DNA of 32,000 nucleotides, from contig NC_014972.1 of NCBI RefSeq assembly GCF_000186885.1, positions 780,001-812,000 of the forward strand, read 5' to 3'. The translations under genes and the position numbers were made by a program. Below the pieces are notes generated by a model. That model had not been told where the DNA came from. It made no database searches and saw only the letters and a list, made by a program, of their open reading frames with translations. This DNA is from Desulfobulbus propionicus DSM 2032 (GTDB taxonomy: Bacteria; Desulfobacterota; Desulfobulbia; Desulfobulbales; Desulfobulbaceae). Within the stretch, counting starts at the first letter, position 1. Each line of letters begins with the position of its first letter. Shown piece after piece: positions 19,389 through 29,836 of the stretch.

Positions 19389-21374
19389 ATGTCCATGCCG
19401 CCCCGCCTGTTGATCGTCAACTGCGCCAGCCCTTATTTCTTCTACATCCCCATGGGCAGCTTCGGCCTGTGCGATTTCCTCGCCCAGCGGGGCGTGGAGG
19501 CGCGTATCTTCAGCCCGTCGCTCTACCCGGAGGCCGAGTCGGGGCAGCGGTTGCGGGAGGCACTGGAGCGCCTGCGGCCCACCCATGTCGGCCTGGTCTG
19601 CCATTGGCAGGAAACCGCCCATGGCCTGTTGGCGGCGCTTGCGACAGTGCGGGACTGGAGCGATTCGGTGGTCACCCTCTGCGGCGGATTCACCGCTTCC
19701 TATTTTGCCGAGGACCTGCTGCGGACAGTTGCCGAACTCGATTACGTGGTGACCGGCGATCCCGAGGAGCCGGTGGCCCAGCTGTTGGAAGGCCGCCCGC
19801 CGGGGGAAATCGCCAATCTGGTGTGGCGGGAATCGGACGGGAACATTGGCCGCAGCCAACAGCGGTGGCTGATGGACACCGCGTTGCTCGATCGGTTGAG
19901 TTTTGCCGACCTGAGCGTGCTCGACGATGCCCGGCGCTATTTGGACAAGATCACCGCCAAGCTCGGTTTTCCCCTCTTTCTTGGTCGCGGCTGCGTGTTC
20001 GACTGCACCTATTGCGGCGGCAGCCGGCATGCCTTCCGCCTCCACTCCGGCCGCCAGGCACCGGTGGTCCGTTCGCTTGCGGCCGTCCGTTCCGACCTGC
20101 ACCGGCTGAAACCGTGGACCTCGGTGCTCTATCTCTGCTACGAGAACGATCCGGCATACATCAAAACCTTATTCCGCGTCATTGCGGACGACCCCGGACT
20201 GCGCGGCCATTTCGTCTGCCACTATGGGGCCTGGCACCTGCTCGACGCCGAGTTCCTCGACCTCTACCGCCGCGCCTTCGACTGCGCGGCATCCCTGCCG
20301 ATATTCGAGTTTTCGCCCGAGGTGGTGGATGACGCCCGGCGAACAGCCATCAAGCGCGGCGCCACCTATACATTGGCCCGGATGGAAGACAACTTCCGTG
20401 CCATCAGCGAGGCCTTCGAGGGCAGGGCGCGGATCGAGGTTTTTTTCAGCCGTTACCATCCGACGCTCACCGTCGACGACCTGCAGCGGGAGGTCAGGGA
20501 CATCCTCCTGTTCAAGCACCGCATGATTTGCCAGGAGCTGCCGGTCCATGTCTGTTTCGACCATCTGTCCACCGATGTCGGCAGCCGCTATTGGCAGGAT
20601 CACCAGGATCGGCCCCGCGACTTCGCCCGCTTTCTCGAGCTCAAGACCGGCGTGGATCAGGGCCGCCTTCACCCGTTTCCGGTGGACAACCTCTGCCTGC
20701 TGATTCCCGATCAGCTTCCCCGGCCATTCGTGCTACGGCTGGAGGCCCTGCTGCTGGTCCTGGACGAGTTGGAGCGCCATGGCCATGAGCTCGTGCATCT
20801 GCTGCTGGCCTGGTACGGGGATCGATGGATCGCCGAGCTGGAAAGGGTGATTGGGCCGATGCTGGCCGCCGATGATCCGGCCGCCTGGTTCGCCGCCCCG
20901 CCGCTCGATGCCCTCCTGGCCGCCCTCGGCCAGCGGCTGGAGAGCGGTCATGGCGGTTCGCCGCCGCCGTTCCTCGCCGATCTATTTCGTTTCAGCCGCA
21001 AGAAACTTGCCCAGGGTAGGGGAGAGGCTCCGCCGCCCGTCGCGGACGAGCCGCAGGCGGCATGTTTTGTCCTGGATCCAAACCGGATCTCCGTCCACGA
21101 GCAGGATTATCTCGATCTGGTGCCCCTGCTCCGCTGCCTGCATGAACGCGGGCAGGACCGGTTGACCTACCGGCGCACGGTGTACCTGTATCTTGCCGGC
21201 GGTATCCTCTGTCTGTCCCACGCCGCCTACCGCAACACCCTGCGGCCCTTCGAGCGGCCAACCAATCTCGCCGCCCATCGGGCGATGCTCGCCGGCGACG
21301 AGGGCGGCCGGCAGGTGCGCCTGCTCGACCAGCTGGTCAGGGAAGGGGTGTTGTTGCCGACTGCCTGCCCCTGA
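19389..21374 (+). CDS. B12-binding-type radical SAM protein of unknown substrate
   Basis: N-terminal cobalamin-binding-like segment (RLLIVNCASPYFFYIPMGSFGLCDFLAQRG...HVGLVCHW...VVTLCGGF...DYVVTGDPE), then radical SAM motif GRGCVFDCTYCGG (CxxxCxxC). Starts 1 nt after the GTPase stop. Confidence 0.85.
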   Translation: MSMPPRLLIVNCASPYFFYIPMGSFGLCDFLAQRGVEARIFSPSLYPEAESGQRLREALERLRPTHVGLVCHWQETAHGLLAALATVRDWSDSVVTLCGGFTASYFAEDLLRTVAELDYVVTGDPEEPVAQLLEGRPPGEIANLVWRESDGNIGRSQQRWLMDTALLDRLSFADLSVLDDARRYLDKITAKLGFPLFLGRGCVFDCTYCGGSRHAFRLHSGRQAPVVRSLAAVRSDLHRLKPWTSVLYLCYENDPAYIKTLFRVIADDPGLRGHFVCHYGAWHLLDAEFLDLYRRAFDCAASLPIFEFSPEVVDDARRTAIKRGATYTLARMEDNFRAISEAFEGRARIEVFFSRYHPTLTVDDLQREVRDILLFKHRMICQELPVHVCFDHLSTDVGSRYWQDHQDRPRDFARFLELKTGVDQGRLHPFPVDNLCLLIPDQLPRPFVLRLEALLLVLDELERHGHELVHLLLAWYGDRWIAELERVIGPMLAADDPAAWFAAPPLDALLAALGQRLESGHGGSPPPFLADLFRFSRKKLAQGRGEAPPPVADEPQAACFVLDPNRISVHEQDYLDLVPLLRCLHERGQDRLTYRRTVYLYLAGGILCLSHAAYRNTLRPFERPTNLAAHRAMLAGDEGGRQVRLLDQLVREGVLLPTACP

Positions 21375-21495
21375 CGGGAAATTCGGCCCGTCGGTTGCCG
21401 GAACGGAAACCTGATTTGCCGGCCGGCAGTTTTTACGCTACAATACTTCTATATTTTCGCCGCCATTTCCCTTCTTGTTGCCCAGCGGAGGTTGT

Positions 21496-23985
21496 ATGAA
21501 CCAAATCACAGAGACCCCGACCAACAACCATGCCTACTCTTCCATTTTTCAGGGAACCGGGGTTGAGGAGTTCAAGAAATGCATTCAGCATCATCTGATG
21601 TCCTTCCAGGGCCGCGACCCGGACCGGGCCGGCGACCAGGACGTCTACCGTGCCCTGTCCTATGCCCTGCGCGACGTGCTGATGGAAAAATGGATCAAAA
21701 CCCAGAAGACCTTCTACGCCGGCAAGATGAAGCGGGTCTATTACCTGTCCCTCGAATTTCTCGTCGGCCGCTCCCTGGGCAACGCGATCATCAACATGGG
21801 GCTGATGGACGAGGTCACCCAGGCTCTGGAGCAGCTTGGCTACGATCTGGAGCGGTTGCGCGAGTGCGAGGAGGACGCGGCCCTGGGCAACGGTGGTCTC
21901 GGTCGTCTTGCCTCCTGCTTCATGGACTCGATCGCCACCATGAAGATTCCAGCCTACGGCTACGGCATCCGTTACGATTTCGGCCTGTTCAACCAGAAGA
22001 TCGTCGACGGCTACCAGGTCGAGACCCCGGACAGCTGGCTGCGGCTCGGCTCGCCGTGGATGTACGAGCGCACCTCGTTCATGTACCCGGTGCAGTTCTA
22101 CGGTCACGTCACCGCCACCACCGACGAGAACGGCCGCTACCGTGCCCGCTGGACCGACACTGAGATCGTCATGGCCATGGCCTGCGACATGCTGGTGCCG
22201 GGGTTCAAGAACGATCACGTGATCAACATGCGCCTGTGGCGGGCCAAGGCCTCGCGCGAGCTGGATCTGCGGTTTTTCAACGCCGGCAACTATATCACCG
22301 CGGTGGAGAACAAGGTCAAGTCCGAGACCATCTCCAAGGTGCTCTACCCCAGCGACGACATCAGCGAGGGCCAGGAACTCCGCCTCAAACAACAGTATTT
22401 CTTCGTCGCCGCCACCTTCCAGGACATCCTCCGCCGCTATCGCAAGGATAACGACACCTTTGACGATTTTCCCAATCAGGTAGCGGTGCAGCTCAACGAC
22501 ACCCACCCGGCCATCGCCATTCCCGAGCTGATGCGACTCTTGCTCGACATCGAGGGGTTGGGATGGGAGCTGGCCTGGAACATCTGTGTCAAAACCTTTG
22601 CCTACACCAATCACACCCTCATGCCCGAGGCCCTGGAAACCTGGCCGGTGGACATGCTCGGCCGGGTGTTGCCTCGTCATCTGGAGATCATCTACGAGAT
22701 CAACCGGCGCTTCCTGGAAGAGGTGGCCCTCTGCTATCCGGGCAATCTGCGCAAGATTCAGGAAATGTCCCTGATCGACGAGGGGCCGGTGCGGCGGGTG
22801 CGCATGGCCAACCTGGCCATCGTCGGCAGCCATTCGGTCAACGGGGTGGCCGCCCTGCACACCGAATTGCTGAAAAATTATCTGTTCCGCAATTTTCACG
22901 AGATGTATCCGGATCGGATCAATTCCAAGACCAACGGCATCACCCCCCGCCGTTGGCTGCTCAAGTGCAACCAGGAGTTGTCCGGGCTGATCGGCGACAA
23001 GATCGGCTATGACTGGGTGGTGGATCTCGACCGGCTGCGCGATCTCGAAACCTACTGTGACGATCCTGCCTTTCATCAGCGCTGGCAGGCGGTCAAGCTG
23101 GTCAACAAGAAGCGGCTGGCCAAGATCATTGCCGCCACCTGCTGTATCGAGGTCGATCCCGAGACCCTGTTCGACATCCAGGTAAAACGGATCCACGAAT
23201 ACAAGCGACAGCTGTTGAACGTGCTCCACGTCATTCATTTCTATCAGCGGCTGATCACTCGTCCCGAGGAGGCGGTCACGCCGCGGACCATCATTTTTGC
23301 CGGCAAGGCCGCACCATCGTATGTCAAGGCCAAGCTGATCATCAAGCTGATCAACTCGGTGGCCGCGGTGGTCAACAACGACCCGCGGGTGGGCAGCCGG
23401 CTCAAGGTGGCCTTCATTCCCAACTACTGTGTTTCCCTGGCCGAACGGATCATCCCGGCGGCCGATCTCTCCGAACAGATCTCCACCGCCGGCACCGAGG
23501 CCTCGGGCACCGGCAACATGAAGTTTGCCCTCAACGGCGCCCTGACCATCGGTACCCTGGATGGGGCCAATATCGAAATTCGGGAAGAGGTGGGGGCGGA
23601 CAACATCTTCATCTTCGGCATGACCGCCGAGGAGGCGGAGTACGAGAAGAAATGCAAGTCACGGAAACCGTGGCAGATCTACGAGCGCAATCCGGAGGTG
23701 CGCGAGATCATCGACGCGATCGCTGGCGGTGCCTTCAGCAACGGCGACACCGAATTGTTCCGACCGCTGGTCAACGACCTGCTCAGTGAGAACGACCCGT
23801 ATTTGCTGCTGCTCGACCTGGAATCCTACCTTCAATGCCAGCGGCTGGTGGGCGAAGTCTATGCCGACCGGGCCACCTGGATACGGCGGTCGATTCTCAA
23901 CGTGGCGCGGATGGGCAAATTCTCCAGCGACCGGACGATCAAGGAGTATGCGGAAGAGATTTGGGGACTGAAGATCGACAGGTAG
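21496..23985 (+). CDS. glgP: Glycogen/starch/alpha-glucan phosphorylase
   Basis: 829 aa from ATG 21496 (GGAGG upstream). YYLSLEFLVGRSLGNAIINMG, NDTHPAIAIPELMRLL, and PLP-lysine region EASGTGNMKFALNGALTIGTLDGANIEI. Confidence 0.97.
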   Translation: MNQITETPTNNHAYSSIFQGTGVEEFKKCIQHHLMSFQGRDPDRAGDQDVYRALSYALRDVLMEKWIKTQKTFYAGKMKRVYYLSLEFLVGRSLGNAIINMGLMDEVTQALEQLGYDLERLRECEEDAALGNGGLGRLASCFMDSIATMKIPAYGYGIRYDFGLFNQKIVDGYQVETPDSWLRLGSPWMYERTSFMYPVQFYGHVTATTDENGRYRARWTDTEIVMAMACDMLVPGFKNDHVINMRLWRAKASRELDLRFFNAGNYITAVENKVKSETISKVLYPSDDISEGQELRLKQQYFFVAATFQDILRRYRKDNDTFDDFPNQVAVQLNDTHPAIAIPELMRLLLDIEGLGWELAWNICVKTFAYTNHTLMPEALETWPVDMLGRVLPRHLEIIYEINRRFLEEVALCYPGNLRKIQEMSLIDEGPVRRVRMANLAIVGSHSVNGVAALHTELLKNYLFRNFHEMYPDRINSKTNGITPRRWLLKCNQELSGLIGDKIGYDWVVDLDRLRDLETYCDDPAFHQRWQAVKLVNKKRLAKIIAATCCIEVDPETLFDIQVKRIHEYKRQLLNVLHVIHFYQRLITRPEEAVTPRTIIFAGKAAPSYVKAKLIIKLINSVAAVVNNDPRVGSRLKVAFIPNYCVSLAERIIPAADLSEQISTAGTEASGTGNMKFALNGALTIGTLDGANIEIREEVGADNIFIFGMTAEEAEYEKKCKSRKPWQIYERNPEVREIIDAIAGGAFSNGDTELFRPLVNDLLSENDPYLLLLDLESYLQCQRLVGEVYADRATWIRRSILNVARMGKFSSDRTIKEYAEEIWGLKIDR

Positions 23986-24042
23986 GAAGGACGGCGGCCG
24001 TCGGCGGGGCGGCGACACCCAGCCACGGACGAATCGGGTGGT

Positions 24043-24588
24043 TCAGCCGTCTTTTTTGATGAAACAGTTACCGTAATGTTTGAGCTCGGCAATCGACTCG
24101 CGGATATCGTCGTGGGCCAGATGATGGCATTCCTTGGAAAATTTGGGCAGATCCGGCGCCCAGCGCAGGGCCAGTTCCTTGAGGGTGCTGACATCGATGT
24201 TGCGGTAATGGAAATACTGCTCCAGCTCGGGCATGAAGCGGGCGAGAAAGCGGCGATCATGCCAGACCGAGTTGCCGCACATGGGGGAAACCCGCTTATC
24301 CACCCACTGCTTGATGAATTCCAGCGTCTCCAGTTCAGCCTGGCGGCAGGTGAACGTGCTGCGGCGGACGCGGTCGATCAGTCCTGATTCCCGGTGGTGC
24401 TGGGTGTTCCAGGGATCCATGGCCGCGAGCACCTCCTCGGGCTGATGAATGGCGATGACCGGCCCGTCGGCGAGGATCTCCAGGTGGGAATCGGTCACCA
24501 CCGTCGCCACCTCCAGAATCTTATCCGTGAAGGGATTGAGCCCGGTCATTTCCAGGTCGATCCACACCAGATTGCTGTTGTCTTTCAT
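24043..24588 (-). CDS. orn: Oligoribonuclease
   Basis: 181 aa; [45 protein letters not shown] and [33 protein letters not shown]. Confidence 0.96.
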   Translation of the reverse strand: MKDNSNLVWIDLEMTGLNPFTDKILEVATVVTDSHLEILADGPVIAIHQPEEVLAAMDPWNTQHHRESGLIDRVRRSTFTCRQAELETLEFIKQWVDKRVSPMCGNSVWHDRRFLARFMPELEQYFHYRNIDVSTLKELALRWAPDLPKFSKECHHLAHDDIRESIAELKHYGNCFIKKDG

Positions 24589-24703
24589 CAGGTTTCGATC
24601 CTTTCAGTTCCGTCGAACCAGCCGAACCTCTTCTCTTTGGTCCAATGGACCACAGCTTGGTGTCCACTTCAACCCTTTTTCCGCATTTTGAGGCGGGCAA
24701 AAC

Positions 24704-24728
24704 GGGCGGGAGCATCCAGCTCCCGCCC
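24704..24728 (-). terminator. Intrinsic-type terminator for fba
   Basis: Perfect 10-bp stem GGGCGGGAGC / GCTCCCGCCC with 5-nt loop, 20 nt past the fba stop. Followed on the minus strand by a short T-run (GTTTTG). Confidence 0.7.
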
Positions 24729-24748
24729 AACGACCTTGTCCGGCAAGA

Positions 24749-25729
24749 TTATTTGATCCGTCCGGCGCTGCCGAGCACTTCCCTGTTTTTATGGATCACC
24801 ATGGCGATGAGTTCCTCGCGCGCCGGGCCGAGGTACTTGCGCGGATCGAATTCCCCTGGTTTTTCGGCGAATATCTTGCGGATCACGGCGGTCATGGCCA
24901 GGCGGCCGTCGCTGTCGATGTTGACCTTGCACACCGCCGAGGCCGCGGCCCGGCGCAGCTGTTCCTCCGGAATGCCAGCGGTGTTGTCCATCCTGCCGCC
25001 GAACTGGTTGATCATGGCCACATGGCTGGGGGTGACCGAGGAGGCCCCGTGGAGGACGATGGGAAATCCCGGAACCCGTCGCTCGATTTCTTCGAGGATG
25101 TCGAAACGCAGCGGCGGCGGTTCCTGGCCGGGCTGAAGCTTGAATTTGTAGGCCCCGTGCGAGGTGCCGATGGAGATGGCCAGACTGTCGACTCCGGTCT
25201 GTTCGAGGAATCGTTCGACCTCCTCCGGCCGGGTGTACGAGGAGTGCTCGGCGCTGACTTCGTCCTCGATGCCGGCCAGCACGCCGAGTTCGGCCTCCAC
25301 GGTGACCTCGCGGGCATGGGCATACTCCACCACTTGCCGCGTGAGAGCGACGTTGTCGGCAAAGCTGTGGTGGGAGGCGTCGATCATCACCGAGGAAAAG
25401 CCGGAATCGATGCAGTCCTTGGCCAGCTCGAAATCGGAGCCGTGGTCCAGGTGCAGGGCAATGGGGATGGCCAAGCCGTGTTCCTTGGCTAGGTCAACGG
25501 CCGCCGCCGCCATGTGCGGCAGGAAGGCCGTGCCGATGTAGCTGCGGGCGCTGCCTGACACCTGGAGAATCACCGGCGAGGCGGATCGGGCGCAGCCGAT
25601 GACAATGGCCTGCAGTTGTTCCATGTTGTTGAAGTTGTAGGCTGGGACCGCGAAGCGCTCCTCCATGGCCTGATGAAACATGGCGGAGGTGTTGACCAGT
25701 CCGAGTTCGGAATAATGTCGTGCATTCAT
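24749..25729 (-). CDS. fba: Class II fructose-bisphosphate aldolase
   Basis: VPAYNFNNMEQLQAIVIGC, PIALHLDHGSDFELAKDCIDSGFSSVMIDASHH, and FPIVLHGASSV. ATG at 25729 preferred over the track start at 25804. Confidence 0.93.
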   Translation of the reverse strand: MNARHYSELGLVNTSAMFHQAMEERFAVPAYNFNNMEQLQAIVIGCARSASPVILQVSGSARSYIGTAFLPHMAAAAVDLAKEHGLAIPIALHLDHGSDFELAKDCIDSGFSSVMIDASHHSFADNVALTRQVVEYAHAREVTVEAELGVLAGIEDEVSAEHSSYTRPEEVERFLEQTGVDSLAISIGTSHGAYKFKLQPGQEPPPLRFDILEEIERRVPGFPIVLHGASSVTPSHVAMINQFGGRMDNTAGIPEEQLRRAAASAVCKVNIDSDGRLAMTAVIRKIFAEKPGEFDPRKYLGPAREELIAMVIHKNREVLGSAGRIK

Positions 25730-25958
25730 GGGCGTTCTCCAGTTGAAGACGGGTGCGTGGTGCCTCTCGGGGGATGGACAGGCAAATGTATTTTGTTTAT
25801 ACAATTACAAAAAATTAAGATGAACTTTGTAGAGGGCAAGGAAAAATTCCCTGATGACGCGGTGGGCGCGTCTTTTGTTTTTACCCGGGGCGGTAGAGCC
25901 ACCCGAGCGAGTGTTTTCACGCAACCGCCTGCTTTTTTCAACATGCAAGGAGCAAACG

Positions 25959-26339
25959 ATGAACAGAACACCAATTCAGAGCCCCAAGGCCCCGGCCGCC
26001 ATCGGTCCCTACTCGCAGGCGATAGCCACCGATACCCTGTTGTTCACGTCCGGTACTTTGGCCATTGATCCGAAAATCGGCACCATTCCTGAGGGAACGA
26101 TCGAGGAGCATGCCCACCAGGTTTTTCGCAACCTGGCCGCGGTGGCCGAGGCGGCCGGCACCAATTTGTCTCGGGCGATCAAGGTGACGGTCTATTTGAC
26201 GGACATGGCTGATTTCAACCAGGTGAACGCGGTATACAGTCATTATTTTCAGCAACCGTATCCAGCGCGCAGCGCCGTCGAGGTGGCCGCCCTGCCCTTG
26301 GGAGCCGATATTGAGGTTGAGGCCGTCCTAGCCCTCTGA
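25959..26339 (+). CDS. ridA: RidA family reactive intermediate/imine deaminase
   Basis: MNRTPIQSPKAPAAIGPYSQAIATDTLLFTSGTLAIDPKIG...VYLTDMADFNQVNAVYSHYF...ARSAVEVAALPLGADIEVEAVL. AAGGAG precedes the ATG. Confidence 0.94.
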   Translation: MNRTPIQSPKAPAAIGPYSQAIATDTLLFTSGTLAIDPKIGTIPEGTIEEHAHQVFRNLAAVAEAAGTNLSRAIKVTVYLTDMADFNQVNAVYSHYFQQPYPARSAVEVAALPLGADIEVEAVLAL

Positions 26340-26494
26340 GCACTGTTTTCGTGGAGGACGGGGTGCCGTTCCGTCCGGGGAGAGGCCGCAGCCTCGCGGT
26401 CAAGCGGAAGATCGGCGAATCGGGGCGGATCGTCCCTGGGGAAACGCCGCTGTTTTCTGCCCTGTCAGACGCTTGGCGGTTCCATAAAAAATGT

Positions 26495-26523
26495 TTGACA
26501 GCCCGAGCCTTTTGAAATAGATA
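26495..26523 (+). promoter_or_regulatory. Possible sigma70-type promoter upstream of the beta-oxidation gene set
   Basis: TTGACA (26495-26500), 17-nt spacer, TAGATA (26518-26523, weak -10) in the 388-bp gap before the crotonase gene. Confidence 0.35.
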
Positions 26524-26727
26524 TTACGCACTTCGCGCCTACCCGATTTTTTCCCGTAATACCGGGTGCTGTGCCGCTTTGCAGGAGCGAGGCTGCTCGC
26601 CAACAGAGAACTTTTTTATGGGTAAGGGGTTCGTGTCTGGTCCTGTCATCCCCCTCTACCCTTTTTTTTTGATGGATCATCTGAACTGAACAGCAATTTC
26701 TTATCACCCCTGAACAAGGAGGAAACG

Positions 26728-27522
26728 GTGGCCTATTCATCCATTGAACTCACCTGTACCGACGACGGAATTGCACGACTGACCTTCAATCGCCCCAAAG
26801 CCCTCAACGCCCTTAACTCCTCCCTTCTCGAGGAACTCTCCGCTGCCCTCGACAGTATCAAGCACGATGAAACCATCCGGGTTCTCATTCTGACCGGAGC
26901 CGGCGAAAAATCCTTCATTGCCGGAGCCGACATTACTGAAATTGCCACGTTAACGCCGCTGGGCGCAAAAAAATTCGCCCAATTGGGGCAAGAAGTGATC
27001 AGTTCCCTGCAGGGGCTCGCGATCCCTGTCATTGCCGCGGTCAACGGCTATGCCTTGGGAGGCGGCTGCGAAATGGCCCTGGCCTGTGATTTTATCTATG
27101 CTTCGGAAAAGGCCATCTTCGGTTTGCCGGAGATCACCCTGGGGGTCATCCCCGGCTTTGGCGGCACCCAGCGATTGCCCCGCCTGATCGGCGCCAATCG
27201 GGCCAAGGAGATGATTTTCACCGGCAAGCATTTGAGCGCGCCTGAAGCCAAGGAGATGGGGCTGGTCAACAAGACTTTTGCTCCGGAGGAATTGATGCCG
27301 GCCGCCATGGAGACGGCCAAGCTCATCGCCACCAAGGGCAAGGCCTCGCTCTGCGCGGCCAAGCAGACGGTTAACCAGGGATTGAACACCGACCTGGCCA
27401 CCGGGCTGTGCATCGAACGGGATGCCTTTGCCCTCTGTCTGGCCAGCCCGGATGCGAAAGAAGGCACCACTGCTTTTCTGGAGAAACGCAAACCGGTCTT
27501 CAAGGGCGATCTGAATGGCTGA
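26728..27522 (+). CDS. Enoyl-CoA hydratase/crotonase
   Basis: GTG start with AGGAGG upstream; PKALNALNSSLLEEL, GAGEKSFIAGADITE, NGYALGGGCEMALACDFIYASEKAIFGLPEITLGVIPGFGGTQRLPRLIG. Confidence 0.95.
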   Translation: MAYSSIELTCTDDGIARLTFNRPKALNALNSSLLEELSAALDSIKHDETIRVLILTGAGEKSFIAGADITEIATLTPLGAKKFAQLGQEVISSLQGLAIPVIAAVNGYALGGGCEMALACDFIYASEKAIFGLPEITLGVIPGFGGTQRLPRLIGANRAKEMIFTGKHLSAPEAKEMGLVNKTFAPEELMPAAMETAKLIATKGKASLCAAKQTVNQGLNTDLATGLCIERDAFALCLASPDAKEGTTAFLEKRKPVFKGDLNG

Positions 27523-27560
27523 CAATGGAATGTGAAACAGAAACAAGGAGCGAGAGGTCT

Positions 27561-28850
27561 ATGAACGAGGTGGTGATAGTTAGCGGATGCCGGACTGCGG
27601 TGGGTGCCTTTGGCGGCAGTCTGAAAAATACGCCCGTTGTCGCCCTGGGGGCGGCCGTCATGCGCGAGACCCTGCGCAAAGTGGGGCTGCGGCCGACAGC
27701 CAGCGTGGACATGCGGTCGGTGGCGCCTGGCAAGCTCAAGGATCAGGGAGAGCTCGAACTGGAACGGAAGTATGCTGTCTGGGATACGGCCGCCGCCGAG
27801 ATCAGTCTCGACGAGGTAATCATGGGCAATGTGCTCCAGGCCGGACAGGGGCAGAATCCAGCTCGTCAGGCGATGATCCAGGCCGGTATCCCCAAGGAAA
27901 CTCCCGCGTTCACCATCAACAAGGTGTGCGGTTCCGGCCTCAAGGCCATCGCTCTGGGTGCCCAGTCGATCATGACCGGCCAGGCAGAGGTGGTCCTAGC
28001 GGGTGGTCAGGAAAACATGAGCATGGTGCCCATGGCCTTACCCAAGGCCCGCTGGGGGTATCGAATGGAACTCACCGGCGTTGGCGAGGTGTACGACCTG
28101 ATGGTCTTCGACGGGCTCTATGAGATTTTTTACGGCTACCACATGGGTGTCACCGCTGAAAATATTGCCCGAATGTACAACATCAGCCGCGAAGATCAGG
28201 ACCGGCTGGCGGCGTTGAGTCATTCCAGGGCACTCCGGGGCATCAAGGAGGGGCTGTTCCAAGAGGAGATCGTGCCAATCGCAGTCAGAGCCGGCAAGCA
28301 GGAGGTGAGCTTCGCGCAGGATGAGCGGCCGATGGAAACCTCGATGGAGAAAATGGCCAAGCTGAAACCTGCTTTTGCCAAGGATGGCACGGTCACCGCC
28401 GGCAATGCCTCGGGCATCAACGACGGCGCTGCGGCCGTGTTGCTGATGAGCGCGACCAAGGCCAAACAGATGGGCCTGAAACCTTTGGCTACCATCGAGG
28501 GGTTTGCCTCTGGCGGCCTCGATCCTGCCTACATGGGCATGGGTCCGGTACCGGCTATCCAGAAGGCGCTCAAGCAGAGCGGCAAGACCATCGGCGACAT
28601 CGACATGATCGAGCTCAACGAGGCTTTTGCCGCCCAGGCCATTGGCTGTATGCTGGAGTTGGGCATTGATGTGGAAAAGCCCAATCAACTGGGCAGCGGT
28701 ATCTCCATGGGGCACCCGGTCGGCTGCACCGGCGCCCGGCAGATGGTGACCGCCATCCATCAAATGCAGCGGCAGCAGCATGGGACCGGTCTGATCAGCA
28801 TGTGCATCGGTGGCGGCATGGGCATGGCCATGGTGATCAGCAACAAGTAA
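27561..28850 (+). CDS. Acetyl-CoA acetyltransferase (thiolase)
   Basis: [77 protein letters not shown]. Confidence 0.95.
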   Translation: MNEVVIVSGCRTAVGAFGGSLKNTPVVALGAAVMRETLRKVGLRPTASVDMRSVAPGKLKDQGELELERKYAVWDTAAAEISLDEVIMGNVLQAGQGQNPARQAMIQAGIPKETPAFTINKVCGSGLKAIALGAQSIMTGQAEVVLAGGQENMSMVPMALPKARWGYRMELTGVGEVYDLMVFDGLYEIFYGYHMGVTAENIARMYNISREDQDRLAALSHSRALRGIKEGLFQEEIVPIAVRAGKQEVSFAQDERPMETSMEKMAKLKPAFAKDGTVTAGNASGINDGAAAVLLMSATKAKQMGLKPLATIEGFASGGLDPAYMGMGPVPAIQKALKQSGKTIGDIDMIELNEAFAAQAIGCMLELGIDVEKPNQLGSGISMGHPVGCTGARQMVTAIHQMQRQQHGTGLISMCIGGGMGMAMVISNK

Positions 28851-28910
28851 GCATCCACCGGCTGGTGGCCAGCCGGTGCAATAGAGATTAACGAAGGGGG
28901 AACAACAGCG

Positions 28911-29762
28911 ATGGAAGTGAAGACATTCGGCGTGATCGGCGCCGGCCAGATGGGCAACGGCATTGCCCAGGTTGCCGCGGCCAGCGGCCTCAACGTGATC
29001 ATGAACGACATCAAGCAGGAATTCGTTGACCGCGGATTGGCCAACATCGCCAAGAATCTGCAGCGTAACGTCGACAAGGGTAAGATGGCCGCCGACGAAA
29101 AGGACAAGATTCTTGCTCGGATCAAGACCTGTACCGATTTGAAGGATATGGCTGCGGCTGACTTCGTGGTCGAGGCCGCTTCCGAGAACGAGGCGATCAA
29201 ATTTAAAATTTTTGAAAATCTGGAAGAAATCTGCGCCCCGCATGTCATTCTCGCTTCCAACACCTCCTCCATCCCGATCGGTCGCATCGCTTCCCATACC
29301 AAGCGGCCGGACAAGGTGATCGGCATGCATTTCATGAATCCGGTGCCGGTGATGAAATTGGTGGAGGTGATCTGCGGTCTGGCCACCTCGGCCGAGACCC
29401 TGGAGACCACCCTTGCCCTGACCAAGCGGATGGAAAAAACCCCGGCCCAATCCAACGATTTCCCTGGATTCATTGCCAATCGTATCCTGTTGCCGATGAT
29501 CAACGAGGCCATCTTCTGCCTCTACCACGGAGTGGGCAAGAAAGAGGATATCGACACCGTCATGAAATTGGGCATGAACCATCCCATGGGACCGCTGGCC
29601 CTGGCCGACCTCATCGGTTTGGATACCTGTTTGGCCATCATGAATACCCTGTACCAGGGGCTGGGCGATTCCAAGTACCGTCCGTGCCCATTGCTGCGCC
29701 AATATGTCGAGGCAGGCTGGTTGGGACGCAAGAGCGGCAAGGGCTTTTACACCTACGAGTAA
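28911..29762 (+). CDS. 3-hydroxybutyryl-CoA (3-hydroxyacyl-CoA) dehydrogenase
   Basis: 283 aa; VKTFGVIGAGQMGNGIAQVAAASGLNVIMNDI, ILASNTSSIPIGRIAS, VIGMHFMNPVPVMKLVEVI, FPGFIANRILLPMINEAI. Confidence 0.95.
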   Translation: MEVKTFGVIGAGQMGNGIAQVAAASGLNVIMNDIKQEFVDRGLANIAKNLQRNVDKGKMAADEKDKILARIKTCTDLKDMAAADFVVEAASENEAIKFKIFENLEEICAPHVILASNTSSIPIGRIASHTKRPDKVIGMHFMNPVPVMKLVEVICGLATSAETLETTLALTKRMEKTPAQSNDFPGFIANRILLPMINEAIFCLYHGVGKKEDIDTVMKLGMNHPMGPLALADLIGLDTCLAIMNTLYQGLGDSKYRPCPLLRQYVEAGWLGRKSGKGFYTYE

Positions 29763-29836
29763 TCCAGGAGCGAGCGCTTTTGGGGGAACCGAGGGCATGA
29801 ACCACGTCCAAGGTGCCGCTTGGGAGGAACAAGTAA

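Noticed and set aside
21433-23238. 601-aa minus-strand ORF opposite glgP
   Set aside because: Antisense shadow of a highly conserved phosphorylase.
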